IMG/VR virus record: IMGVR_UViG_3300005941_000003
Span: 181,964-245,963 of that record
Length of the DNA: 64,000 nt
Reading direction: 5' to 3' (one strand)
Shown: piece after piece, positions 47,655-57,618 of the stretch
Layout of the letters: each line of letters starts with the position of its first letter
Position numbering within the stretch: the first letter of the stretch is position 1
The notes under the pieces: model-generated
The model's input: the letters and a program-made list of their open reading frames with translations, nothing else
Told to the model about the DNA's origin: nothing
Database searches by the model: none
Position numbers and translations under genes: made by a program

Positions 47655-48204
47655 ATGCTTTTTCAACATCAATCTTTTCACCAATCTTTGGGTTGTCTAC
47701 CCAATGAATTGTATTTGGTGGCATGGTATCAAAGCCCCACATAAACCAAGCATTGCCGAATGTAGGATTGCCCTTACCAGTAAAGTCAACACGGTTGTTG
47801 TACACTAGTGCCGACATACCATATTCCATAAACATCTTTCCTCTTGCGCCACCTTGAAAACTTGCTACTGGAAGTAGTAGCGCAAATGGTTTACCCAAGT
47901 CGTAGCAATGCCGAAAGAATTTATCTTTGAGACTGTATGGTGGGTTCGTTATGATCCCATCATAAACATCATTATGTTCACAAGTAAAGAAATCCCTACC
48001 ATTACTCCCAACAATGCTATAGCCCCACTTAGTAAATCCATCCAAAATGTTTGAAGAAATTCCGCTAGTTGCTTCATAGTATGTCTTATCTTTATTTAGG
48101 TATGGTAGCAATGGTAGGACCTGATCTACAGGAGTGTAACATTCATCACTCTCTGCGTTTCGTCCTAGACTTGATACTAGTTCTGTGTATGTTTTTTTAG
48201 CCAT
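47632..48204 (-). CDS. Amino (N6A/N4C) DNA methyltransferase-like protein
   Basis: DECYTP, DFF, IITNPPYS, FALLLP. Confidence 0.7.
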   Translation of the reverse strand: MAKKTYTELVSSLGRNAESDECYTPVDQVLPLLPYLNKDKTYYEATSGISSNILDGFTKWGYSIVGSNGRDFFTCEHNDVYDGIITNPPYSLKDKFFRHCYDLGKPFALLLPVASFQGGARGKMFMEYGMSALVYNNRVDFTGKGNPTFGNAWFMWGFDTMPPNTIHWVDNPKIGEKIDVEKAFDNFFDL

Positions 48205-51002
48205 TAGAAATCAAACAAGTTATCAAAAGTTTCGCTAGTGTTTGCGTCACTCAAATCCCATTTAAGAACACCAATAAGGTTATCAATCTTCTTGTCGATG
48301 ATAGTCGTTTCCATTAGATCGTGATCAAACGGAAGTTCTTGGAACCATTTTGGAATGCGAGTTTCGTCAATAGGATACGCAATACTTGTAATCTTCATTG
48401 GGTTGTCACGAAGTTTACATACGATAGTTTTCATACCATCAACAATTTCAAGAGAATAACGGTCGCTGTTCATCTGTCGAAGTGTATTCCAATTCAACGC
48501 CGCAGTAACGTGACCTGGCATAGTTACTTTCTTGTTTTCTTCTTCTACTTTACCAAGTTTAAAGTCTGCTGACTGCTTACTTTTAAACTTATCGACCATG
48601 TTTCTAAACTTAGTCAAGTTGTTAACACGCTTTGGCGTTCCCTTTTCCCAACCCGGCCTACTGCGGAATTCTTTCTTGAATTCTTTCACCATTCCGATAA
48701 CGTCACTTTCGTTACCAACAGTTAGTACTTTGATAAGAACTTGCATCAAGAAATCTTGCATGTAGTCTGGCGTATCCGAACGCTTCAAGTCAAGACCCAT
48801 TGCTTTTACTTTGCCGGGTTTCCCGTCTACATCACGGCGAACACCATCATCATCATAGATCAACATTGCATAACGTTTCTTCTTAATAAAGATAGCCATC
48901 GTTGCTGCGTTTTCTCGTCCTGCTGCAATAATCTCACCTTGCTTGCGAGGACAGTTAAAGAATACTTTCATGAAGTCTGGGAAACTTGCGTTCACTTGGT
49001 TCGCAATTTCATCATACAGCTTGAGAACAATTTCTTTGTCCCATGCGATTTCACCACTATCGATTTGATCTTTGTATACAGGATACATAGAATAATAGAT
49101 AGAGTCAGTGTCACCGTAAATTACTGCTGGACCTTTGTAGTCATAGTCACCTGCAATGATTTCATTGGTCTTTGATCCCATGTGGCGAGTAATACAACGC
49201 CCAGACAGTGTAGTTGACTGACCAATACGTTTATCGTAGAAACGACAACCTTGGTTAAGAATAGCACCGTATAGTGAGTTCAAGTTAATTTTCTTCACTA
49301 GCTGACGCTTATCCCAGAATGCAATTTCTTCTGCATTCCCACCAGCTTGTGCTTCTTTCTTCTTCGCTTGTAGTTGCTTACGTTCTGCATACCATCGCTC
49401 AAGCAAACTCGGAATGATGCCTTGTACGTCCTGCTTGAATACTGTACCGTTCGCACTAATCGTCCATGGTAGACCTGAGTTGTATACTAGGTCGTACATT
49501 TCTGCGCCAGTGATTTCGTGCGTACTGCCATCTTCCATGTCAAGATGCAACATATTTGTCTTGTCTTGCCCATTCATGAAACGAAATTCTTCGGTCGTGA
49601 ATGTATCTTCCCATGCTTGTGCAGCACCAAACCCTTTGTTCGTGCCGCCTCTGCGACCTGTCGCAATGCGACCACTGATCAGTTGGTCAGTGTATGTTGG
49701 TCGCAACTGTGCTGTAATAGTCTCGGGTGACATGTTTAGCGCACGAATGATTGCCGGATACAGTGAGTTAATATCGATACCAGATACCCATTTTTGAATA
49801 CCAATTTTTGGGTTAGCAACAAACGCGCCTGCTGCTTTTTGTGCTTCTGCTTCTGCTTCTTCTTCTGGTGTGGGCTCGTAATCATCATCTTCCGTAGCCC
49901 AATCACGGCGCTTGCGATCTGGAACTACCATACCTCGACGGTGTGCTTCGTTGATGATTGCTTGCTCTGTAACAGCAACAGCACCCATAGTCGTTTGAAT
50001 ATTAACTGTGTTATCGTGCGCAATCTCGTTTGCTAGATCAATGAAACGTAGCTTCTTGTCTAGGTTGTCAAGTAGTGCAACGTCCTGCCTGTTGTATTCT
50101 ACAAACTTATAGAAGTCTTGGTTATACAACTGGTCTAGAGTACCTTCATATGCAATCTTACGTTCGCCAAGTTCATATTCACCAATCGCATCTAGTGAAT
50201 AAGAATGCATTTCGTGATATGTATACTTGCGATAAAGTTCAAGATAGTCGAGGTGAATACGACCAAACAGATTATAACTGATTTGATCTTTACCGTATTT
50301 CACCATCATCTTTTCTTTAGGAATCAAATCCCACAAACATAGCTTACGAGTGTGTGACTTAGAAAGCACACGTGTGATACGCCGAACAGTGTATGGAATA
50401 TCAAAACCTTCACTGTTCCAACCAGATAAAACGTCTGCATCGTCAATAAGTGCTAGGAAGTCATTCAACATATCTGCTTCACTGAGATACAAAAATGTAT
50501 TCTCAAACTTGTCGCATAGTCGCTGTGCTTCTTCTAACCCTTCACCCTCACGCATATGTTTAGGTGGGATAACAAATGTTACAAGTTGATCAAGCCACTG
50601 TAAATGTGTAGTAATCGCAGTGATTGGCATAAATGGATCTTCGGGTGGAGCAAAGCCGCGTTCTGCGTCAAAGTCCACCTCGATGTCGAAAAATGCAACG
50701 TTTAGTTTTGGCGAGTCAACATTCAGATAGTTTTCAGCGAGACAGCGAATTTCTGGCTTGATATCACTTTCGTAGATTTTCTTACCAGAGTTGATACGCA
50801 ATTCTTTGTGCATATCTTTAAGGCGCTTTACTTTAATCTCGCGTACTTTTTCTCCATGAATACTTAGATGGTCACCTCGATCATCGCGAATGTAGAATTT
50901 TCTCCATGCTGGATAATCTTGATAAACACGTTTTCCGTTGACACGTTCAACCACTTGAACAATGTCTTTGTCTTTATTATAATATGCGTCTACGTATGAC
51001 AA
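48204..51002 (-). CDS. Family B DNA polymerase (gp43-like)
   Basis: FFDIE, GWNSEGFD, YNRQD, DINSLYP, KINLNSLYG, YGDTDS, KKRY; TTG start after AAGGAG. Confidence 0.97.
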   Translation of the reverse strand: MSYVDAYYNKDKDIVQVVERVNGKRVYQDYPAWRKFYIRDDRGDHLSIHGEKVREIKVKRLKDMHKELRINSGKKIYESDIKPEIRCLAENYLNVDSPKLNVAFFDIEVDFDAERGFAPPEDPFMPITAITTHLQWLDQLVTFVIPPKHMREGEGLEEAQRLCDKFENTFLYLSEADMLNDFLALIDDADVLSGWNSEGFDIPYTVRRITRVLSKSHTRKLCLWDLIPKEKMMVKYGKDQISYNLFGRIHLDYLELYRKYTYHEMHSYSLDAIGEYELGERKIAYEGTLDQLYNQDFYKFVEYNRQDVALLDNLDKKLRFIDLANEIAHDNTVNIQTTMGAVAVTEQAIINEAHRRGMVVPDRKRRDWATEDDDYEPTPEEEAEAEAQKAAGAFVANPKIGIQKWVSGIDINSLYPAIIRALNMSPETITAQLRPTYTDQLISGRIATGRRGGTNKGFGAAQAWEDTFTTEEFRFMNGQDKTNMLHLDMEDGSTHEITGAEMYDLVYNSGLPWTISANGTVFKQDVQGIIPSLLERWYAERKQLQAKKKEAQAGGNAEEIAFWDKRQLVKKINLNSLYGAILNQGCRFYDKRIGQSTTLSGRCITRHMGSKTNEIIAGDYDYKGPAVIYGDTDSIYYSMYPVYKDQIDSGEIAWDKEIVLKLYDEIANQVNASFPDFMKVFFNCPRKQGEIIAAGRENAATMAIFIKKKRYAMLIYDDDGVRRDVDGKPGKVKAMGLDLKRSDTPDYMQDFLMQVLIKVLTVGNESDVIGMVKEFKKEFRSRPGWEKGTPKRVNNLTKFRNMVDKFKSKQSADFKLGKVEEENKKVTMPGHVTAALNWNTLRQMNSDRYSLEIVDGMKTIVCKLRDNPMKITSIAYPIDETRIPKWFQELPFDHDLMETTIIDKKIDNLIGVLKWDLSDANTSETFDNLFDF

Positions 51003-51011
51003 AACTGCTCC

Positions 51012-51254
51012 TTAATGTGTGAATAGATAAACTGCGGTTTCGGGAATGTCATTGATCACGATAAGTTCGTTGGGATATCGTTGAAACGTCCAACGTGAAG
51101 TACTACCAACACGGTTGAGAGTTACCATTTTTGGAGTTTGCTTTACTACTGTACAAACGTCTATTTCACGTGTACCGATTGAAGCCACAACTACTGTATC
51201 TTTTCCGATATCTCTGCCGAACTTATCTTTGTGAACAATTGGTTCTTTTGCCAT
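51012..51254 (-). CDS. Small hypothetical protein
   Basis: 80-aa ORF coupled to the upstream gene. Confidence 0.65.
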   Translation of the reverse strand: MAKEPIVHKDKFGRDIGKDTVVVASIGTREIDVCTVVKQTPKMVTLNRVGSTSRWTFQRYPNELIVINDIPETAVYLFTH

Positions 51255-51514
51255 TACAGAGTACGGCCCACCGTTTCAAGAACAGTTTCAACATCTTCGA
51301 AATCTTGCTTTGCGCCTTGAAGATTTGCTTTATGTGCAATTGAGATAGCTTTGTTTAGAATTGATGGTTTGATATCAAGTTCTTCTGCGATTGCTTTTAC
51401 AGTATCACGAAGACCACCTTTAAGGTCATCAATCTCTTGTAGTACTGAGCAACCTTCGTTTACAAGTTGCGTTAGTTTTGCTTTTTCTTCTGATGTAATG
51501 TTGTCTAGTGACAT
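51254..51514 (-). CDS. DsbA(T4)/GapR-like dsDNA-binding protein
   Basis: 86-aa helical protein, EIDDLK..LRD.VK.IAEEL.IKP..LNK. Confidence 0.6.
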   Translation of the reverse strand: MSLDNITSEEKAKLTQLVNEGCSVLQEIDDLKGGLRDTVKAIAEELDIKPSILNKAISIAHKANLQGAKQDFEDVETVLETVGRTL

Positions 51515-51536
51515 GGTTATCTCCTCGTTAGATAAT

Positions 51537-51567
51537 AAAAAAGGGAACTCTGAATCGAGTTCCCTTT
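51537..51567 (-). terminator. Hairpin with T-tract (terminator-like) in the leader of the replication operon
   Basis: AAGGGAACTC-GATTCA-GAGTTCCCTT followed by TTTT; loop contains GANTC. Confidence 0.65.
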
Positions 51568-51596
51568 AATATAGCATACTACGAGTCGAGTGTCAA
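51568..51596 (-). promoter_or_regulatory. Early promoter TTGACA-N17-TATATT with GACTC in spacer
   Basis: TTGACACTCGACTCGTAGTATGCTATATT. Confidence 0.7.
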
Positions 51597-52589
51597 TTAC
51601 TTCTTTGACTTAACTGCCTTAGAAATTGCACTTTCCATAATCTTGTCTGCTTTTGCTGTTACTGCTTCTCCAACTTTTTTAGTATTAGGTGTGATAGCTT
51701 TTTTAATATCACCGATACCTTTTGTTGTAGTAGACCCCGCATTACCAAACTTTTGTTGTGCTTTATTGATTTGGTTACTTGCGATATTTGCCACGCCCTT
51801 TGCTAAACCACCAAGAACGCCTTCGTTTGTTGTCGCTAATTTCATCGCCGCGTTTGCAACTTTTAGAAGGCCTGCCTTACCAGTACCTAGCATATTAATG
51901 ATCTTTGCTTTGTTTGCTGCGTTAACTGCATCATATACTTTAACGATTGCTGATGCTGTGAACATATCAACTTTTGTTGAGCCGTCTACAAACTTGATTG
52001 AACGGGCTTGCTTTTCATCCACGATTTTACGTAGGTTAAACAATGCTGCACGACCTGCACGTTCTTCATCTGTTTTAACTTCGATGGAACCCATTGTTGT
52101 GTCTTCTTCTTTCATCTTTTTCTTGTGTGATGAACCACATGATTCTTCCATTTCTTCTGCTTCTGGTTCATTGTCCATTACCGCAGCATAATCTTCCATG
52201 TCACTGTCACTTGGCATTTCATCGTCTGCTGGTAGGTTCATGTCCATACCGCCCATTGCATCGTCTGCGCCCATGTCGCCACCTAGTTCAGGCTCATTCA
52301 TTGCACCCATGTCTGCCATAGGCTCGTCCATTGGCACTAGATCAGTTGACTCTGAACCATCTAGTTCTAGAGTATGTAGTCGTGCGAAAAGTGAGTCTGA
52401 CATGCGCGTGTATGCGTCATATGAACTATTGTGTTGCTTTGCAAACTGTAGTGCTAGGTCGTGGACTGCATCACGTGCATTTTTGCCTGATTGCACTTCT
52501 TGTGCTAGTTGTTCTGTTGCTCTATCTAGGTAATCTTCAAATTCGTCATTAGAGATTACAAAAGATTCGATTAGTTGTGACAGTTTCAT
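51597..52589 (-). CDS. Hypothetical late protein, acidic Met-rich linker (putative head-internal protein)
   Basis: MKLSQLIES N-terminus; KVDMFTASAIVKVYDAVN..NK module. Confidence 0.6.
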   Translation of the reverse strand: MKLSQLIESFVISNDEFEDYLDRATEQLAQEVQSGKNARDAVHDLALQFAKQHNSSYDAYTRMSDSLFARLHTLELDGSESTDLVPMDEPMADMGAMNEPELGGDMGADDAMGGMDMNLPADDEMPSDSDMEDYAAVMDNEPEAEEMEESCGSSHKKKMKEEDTTMGSIEVKTDEERAGRAALFNLRKIVDEKQARSIKFVDGSTKVDMFTASAIVKVYDAVNAANKAKIINMLGTGKAGLLKVANAAMKLATTNEGVLGGLAKGVANIASNQINKAQQKFGNAGSTTTKGIGDIKKAITPNTKKVGEAVTAKADKIMESAISKAVKSKK

Positions 52590-52600
52590 TTTTTTCTACC

Positions 52601-52810
52601 TTATCTTTTAATCATTGGATTTTTAACGGGCTTGTTATACACAAGATTACCTACATCTGAGCTATAACCCATTTCATACTGTTTTTTCTTTTTCTTGGAT
52701 CCATAAACAGATTTAATGGCGTCATCTTTCTTCGTGCCCGGTGTCATCGGCATCGCAACACCAGCAAAGGCGCCAGCAAAATTCTCGCTTATGATCTCTG
52801 AAATCTTCAT
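52601..52810 (-). CDS. Small late protein (putative head-internal)
   Basis: ATG 52810 after ATAAATA; MKISEIISE. Confidence 0.55.
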   Translation of the reverse strand: MKISEIISENFAGAFAGVAMPMTPGTKKDDAIKSVYGSKKKKKQYEMGYSSDVGNLVYNKPVKNPMIKR

Positions 52811-52821
52811 AGTAGTATTTA

Positions 52822-54015
52822 TCACTTTAAGTTAAGTTTGGGTTTACCGTCACGATCAACACTATTACCGTACTTTTTAACTTGATTGATAATCTCATTT
52901 GGTCCTACATCAACAGTTGTATTTACACCTTTAACGATACGACCAACACCAGCAGTTTCATTTACTTTCTTAACTGGGAAATAACCTTTAATAGTCTTAC
53001 CTAGTTGTTGTGCTGTTGCTGCGCGGTGGTTACCATCGATAACTGAATACTTGCCATCACTGTACTGAGGACCTACGATAATTGGACTTGACAAGTCTAC
53101 GCGATGATAATAGTCAATATCAATGACACGACCAAATGGGTCATCATAGTCAAAGAATTCTTCTTCGCTTGGGAACATGTCTGGTGTGAAGTCAGCTAGT
53201 TTCCAATCATGTGACTTGATGAACGCATCCATTTCATCGTTGTTGCCAGCATCGTGATGCATCTTTTGGAAGATACTTAACATTTCTTCGCCAGTTTCTT
53301 CATTAAATGCTTTTGCTGTTGCTGCATCTGCTTTTGGTCCGTCTGGGTGTCTTGGATTAACGCCAACAAGATCACCGTTCATTAAGTCTGATACGCTTGA
53401 TGCTTTACCAATCTTGTCTAGTAGTTTATGCAGCGGATCATTAGGATCATACGCAGTTTCATAATTTGATTTACCGCGAACTTCTGTACGTTTACCAGTC
53501 TTACTGTCTGTGATATGTAATACATCCATATCTTTACCACGTTCTAGCTGTAATTGCCAGCCTTCGTCCACTTTGACTGCACTATCGCTGTGAATTTCTG
53601 GGTGTACATTTGTACCTCCGATTTCTTTATACTCTGCGCCAAAACGATCAAGGATCGCCTTTACTCTATCAACTTGATCTTGGTTTGCAAGGGTCACAAC
53701 CATGTCACTTGCTCCCTGGCCCCATTCGTGTGGATCTTGCTGATTTAGTCGTGCAAAGTGCTGACCGAATTTATACCAATCCAAGTCACCAGATGTATCG
53801 ACTACAAGTGTATATGGTGGCATAGTAAGCAAGTCTTTTTGATAACCTTGTGGATCAGGTTCTTGTGCAACACTCTCCATATGCTTAAAATAGTTTACTT
53901 GCTTTTCGCGCTTTTCGGCACCAGCCTTAGTGTCGTAAGTGCCAAGATTTTTACCCTTTTTACTTACTAATCTATATTTGTCGCCTACTTTGCGAATTAC
54001 CTCATTGAATTTCAT
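52822..54015 (-). CDS. Modular late protein with a ParB/Srx-like module
   Basis: PIIV....VIDGNHR; several short modules. Confidence 0.6.
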   Translation of the reverse strand: MKFNEVIRKVGDKYRLVSKKGKNLGTYDTKAGAEKREKQVNYFKHMESVAQEPDPQGYQKDLLTMPPYTLVVDTSGDLDWYKFGQHFARLNQQDPHEWGQGASDMVVTLANQDQVDRVKAILDRFGAEYKEIGGTNVHPEIHSDSAVKVDEGWQLQLERGKDMDVLHITDSKTGKRTEVRGKSNYETAYDPNDPLHKLLDKIGKASSVSDLMNGDLVGVNPRHPDGPKADAATAKAFNEETGEEMLSIFQKMHHDAGNNDEMDAFIKSHDWKLADFTPDMFPSEEEFFDYDDPFGRVIDIDYYHRVDLSSPIIVGPQYSDGKYSVIDGNHRAATAQQLGKTIKGYFPVKKVNETAGVGRIVKGVNTTVDVGPNEIINQVKKYGNSVDRDGKPKLNLK

Positions 54016-54913
54016 TGTATGCTCTCGCTAGTTCCCTGCCATTTACGCCTTGGAATGCACGTGCAATATCAAATGCATAACCACCAACATCTTGACCACG
54101 TGGATCACTCTTTACGAGACGATCTAGTGCTGCCAATGCTGCTTTAAAAAACTTGTCTTTTTGCTTTGCTGCTAGTTTTGCTGTGTATTCATCACGATTG
54201 ACTGCTTCATTTGCAATTGCTTCACGTTCATCGCTTGTATCGCCAGTGACACGATATGTTTTACCGTTAACAGTAAACTCTTTCTTACCTGCTTTAATAG
54301 CATTCATACGTGCATCTGTAAATGGATTTGATTCAGCCACTCCTTGTTCGCCCATAATAGCACGATCAAGTTTGACGCCCGCTTTGTCTGCAATACGCTT
54401 TAGCTTTAGTGCATACTTGCCAGCTTTGAATGCTGCTTTTAATGCTGCTACTGTTGTTTGAGCAACCACTGCCATAACGATTAGATCAGTTAGTGGCGGA
54501 ATAGAACCTAGGTCTTCATCTAGTTCTGCACTTTCAACCGGAAACTCTTTGTTTGGTGTGCGGAAGTTTTTCTTACGCATAACAGTTTTTGCAACTAATT
54601 CTAGCATACCACTTTGCTTATTCCAGTTTAGAGCGAAAGGCAAGTTAATATCACTACTTAGGTCCTTCATAACTGCTTCCGCATCAGGTCCCATCTGAGC
54701 AATTGGCTTGCCCCATTTTTTGAATTCTTTGGCGAACAAGTTTCCTAGTTCTTTAATTGTGATTTGCTTGATGTTGCGTTCATCATTTACACGATCTAGG
54801 AAGTGGCGTGTAAATTCTACATCAATGCCAAGTTTTGCAAATACTTGGTCTAGTACTTTTTCTAGTGCGTCTAGTTGCGTCTTTGTTACGCCTTCAAATT
54901 CATCTATTCTCAT
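54002..54913 (-). CDS. Modular hypothetical late protein
   Basis: IDVEFTRHFLDRVND.RN..KTVMRKK.F module. Confidence 0.6.
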   Translation of the reverse strand: MRIDEFEGVTKTQLDALEKVLDQVFAKLGIDVEFTRHFLDRVNDERNIKQITIKELGNLFAKEFKKWGKPIAQMGPDAEAVMKDLSSDINLPFALNWNKQSGMLELVAKTVMRKKNFRTPNKEFPVESAELDEDLGSIPPLTDLIVMAVVAQTTVAALKAAFKAGKYALKLKRIADKAGVKLDRAIMGEQGVAESNPFTDARMNAIKAGKKEFTVNGKTYRVTGDTSDEREAIANEAVNRDEYTAKLAAKQKDKFFKAALAALDRLVKSDPRGQDVGGYAFDIARAFQGVNGRELARAYNEIQ

Positions 54914-54921
54914 TTATTTTC

Positions 54922-55770
54922 TCACTGGTTGTCTATTAGTATTAAGTTAAATGTGCTTGCGCAACTTGAGCCTGTATCACTGAATGCACGGATTTCAATA
55001 TCTGTTCGTTCTGTAAAACGTAGAGGAACAACATAATCTTTAATGTAACTATTTGCTTGAATTTCCACAACGTCTTTACAGTTCCAAGCACCATCGCCCG
55101 CAGCAAGAGGATCACGCACAAATACATAAGCAATAGTATCAGCATTTTGCTTGCCACTACTAACAGCCCATTGTGTTAGATATGCAGTCTTGCCCGCAGG
55201 AACAGTTACCATACTCATAAATGTTTGTCCAGCACCTGGAGCATTGTTTGCAATCTTTTTAATACGTGCAAGAACACGGTTGTCACTTGTTGCACGAATT
55301 AGTACGTTACCTTCGTTGTTGCCAGTTGCGCCTGCGTTGGCTACTAGCGCACGAAACACACGAATGAATGTAGTAGTGGTTGTACTGTTCATTGGAATAG
55401 TTTCGTTTACCTGTAGATAGTTTTCATCCAAGCCTTGTATGTTGATGGTTCTTGCGCCGTTACCTGTTGGGTTATCGGATGCATCGTCGCTTACTACAGT
55501 TACCGTTGATGGCGCAGTTAGATAGTTATACATCTCTTGTGTATCTGCATAATCCCAAACTGTGCAAATATCACCGTTTGGAACGTCACTTGTTCTGCCG
55601 AACTTTTCAATAAAACTTACACCGTCAATGTCACCATCTGCTACTTGAATACCCCAACCGTTTAGATTGGCAATAACACGCAATGCAGGATCTCCGGCAG
55701 CATTATACTCCATTGAATTCTGCACACCCATTAGGTTTGGGTCATTATTTGGATGTTGATAGTTACTCAT
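54922..55770 (-). CDS. Putative virion structural protein (beta-rich)
   Basis: GARTINIQGLDENY, F.RVFR, TVPAGKTAY, E.TDIEIR. Confidence 0.55.
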   Translation of the reverse strand: MSNYQHPNNDPNLMGVQNSMEYNAAGDPALRVIANLNGWGIQVADGDIDGVSFIEKFGRTSDVPNGDICTVWDYADTQEMYNYLTAPSTVTVVSDDASDNPTGNGARTINIQGLDENYLQVNETIPMNSTTTTTFIRVFRALVANAGATGNNEGNVLIRATSDNRVLARIKKIANNAPGAGQTFMSMVTVPAGKTAYLTQWAVSSGKQNADTIAYVFVRDPLAAGDGAWNCKDVVEIQANSYIKDYVVPLRFTERTDIEIRAFSDTGSSCASTFNLILIDNQ

Positions 55771-55780
55771 AGCTCACTCC

Positions 55781-57190
55781 TTACCACTTGCGGCACGACC
55801 AATATCGTGCTTTTGTTTTTGGTCCTGGGTTATCGCAGTTATGTCTTGCTCTAAATGACTTCCTACGTGCAGGATTCGATTTTTTGATTTTCATATCAGG
55901 ATCACCAAAGTTAACTTTGACTACATTACCCTTTTCGTTCTTTACATATACTTTGAATTTCTTAACATCGCCTTGCATAGGTTTGTTTAGAGGCACATCG
56001 CGACCTTGATATTCTGCTTCGAATATAGCATCATCGAATGTGCCATAGATTTCATCTGCGTTTTCTACAGTGATTTCATTTTCGCTTACCGGAACACAGT
56101 TTGGCACTTTTTTACCGTTCTTGTTCTTCATGCCAATTTGTTGATAGCCCTTCCAGCATGGACCCTTCGCTTCATTTACGATATCTGATATTTTCATTTC
56201 AGTTCCCTCTGATTTACGCTTTACCATATTTGTGGCAGTGCCATATTTTACTGCTTCCCAGTCTTTGCCATAACGCTTTTTGAATTCTGCATCTGGGAGA
56301 TCATCTGCATACTTATCACGTTTTTTAATCTCTTTCTTTGAAAGTTCACGTTCATCTAACTCGCCTGGGCGAGTACCAAATGTGTCGTGTACAAGTCTGT
56401 CTAATTTTTTATGAAATTCTAGTTCTTTCTTACGTGACGCGCCTCTGTTTGAGACTTTTCCTTCACGTAGAATACGTAGATCCCAAATGATTTCTGCTTC
56501 TAGTAGTAGTTCGAATGCACAATCTTCTTCCCAGTTTTCACTCACTGTGTTTGGACCCAGTTTCTTCTGGAACAGAGAAATAACTTCACGTGGAATATCG
56601 TTGCGACCGTATAAATCTTGCAGAATTTTAACTAGTTCTTTTTCATCTGCGTGTGCAATCATATTGCGAATTTGTGTCGCAGAGTTAATCGCTTCACCTT
56701 GAATAGAGAAAGTAAATGTTGGAGTAGTAACAACGTATGAATGATCACGTAGAGGTTTTGCATTTTTAACGCCAGGCCACTTTTGAACGTGTGCAGGTTC
56801 ACCGTTCTTTTTCATCTTTAGACCGTTTTGTGGGAAATCAAATCTTGGGTCTTCTAGCATATCTTTTTCTGATACTGCATATACAACGATAGTATTATCA
56901 GGATCAAATCTATCTGTAATCTCACTCGCTACATAGGGGACTTTGGTTTGTACGATTGCATTCGGATCAACACCAGCAAGCATCATCATCTTTTTCTTTT
57001 CATCAAACGCAAATGGTGATTTGTGTGCATCTGTTTTGTTTGAACTTGCAATATACACTTTTGCACCCGGAAACTGTTTCTTTAGATATTGATAAACTTT
57101 CCCATGTCCAATATGGAATGGGTGAAAGCGACCTGGGTAGATCACAACCAAGTTTGAATTTTCATTTTCAAATAAATCGTATAGTCTCAT
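55781..57190 (-). CDS. HIGH-family nucleotidyltransferase fused to basic C-terminal modules
   Basis: YPGRFHPFHIGH, SATQIR; CWKGY..VPNCVP; RKSFRARHNC..ARYWSC. Confidence 0.7.
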   Translation of the reverse strand: MRLYDLFENENSNLVVIYPGRFHPFHIGHGKVYQYLKKQFPGAKVYIASSNKTDAHKSPFAFDEKKKMMMLAGVDPNAIVQTKVPYVASEITDRFDPDNTIVVYAVSEKDMLEDPRFDFPQNGLKMKKNGEPAHVQKWPGVKNAKPLRDHSYVVTTPTFTFSIQGEAINSATQIRNMIAHADEKELVKILQDLYGRNDIPREVISLFQKKLGPNTVSENWEEDCAFELLLEAEIIWDLRILREGKVSNRGASRKKELEFHKKLDRLVHDTFGTRPGELDERELSKKEIKKRDKYADDLPDAEFKKRYGKDWEAVKYGTATNMVKRKSEGTEMKISDIVNEAKGPCWKGYQQIGMKNKNGKKVPNCVPVSENEITVENADEIYGTFDDAIFEAEYQGRDVPLNKPMQGDVKKFKVYVKNEKGNVVKVNFGDPDMKIKKSNPARRKSFRARHNCDNPGPKTKARYWSCRKW

Positions 57191-57253
57191 GCTGATTTCC
57201 CTTTAAAATAGCGTTATGTGTATTTATCATTAAATGCAGATATTAGTTACAAG

Positions 57254-57277
57254 AAAAAAACCCTGCCGAAGCAGGGT
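57254..57277 (-). terminator. Rho-independent terminator
   Basis: ACCCTGC-TTCG-GCAGGGT followed by a T-tract. Confidence 0.85.
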
Positions 57278-57307
57278 CTAGTTTAACTTATAATGTCATT
57301 AAGTTTA

Positions 57308-57526
57308 TTACCAGAATTTCCACCAAGGTTTCTTAGAAACTTTGTGTAACTCCATTGCTTCAAGTGCATCGTCGCAATGTTGAATCATTGCCCAACTTGA
57401 TAGCACTTGATGTTTTTTCTTTTGTTCAAGAACTTCTTCTTTCGTCCAGTATAGGTTTTCACCTTTAGAATTTTGAAATACTGCAACGATCTTTCGGTTA
57501 CGAACATCTACGTATAGAAATTTCAT
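57308..57526 (-). CDS. Small hypothetical protein with KKPWWKFW tail
   Basis: GGGAGA RBS; 72 aa. Confidence 0.65.
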   Translation of the reverse strand: MKFLYVDVRNRKIVAVFQNSKGENLYWTKEEVLEQKKKHQVLSSWAMIQHCDDALEAMELHKVSKKPWWKFW

Positions 57527-57618
57527 AATATTTCTCCCATCTCATATATATTTAAAGAGACAGGAGCGTAACTTAACTACTATGTTTATTATAAATATGT
57601 TATGTAACGGAGTATATC

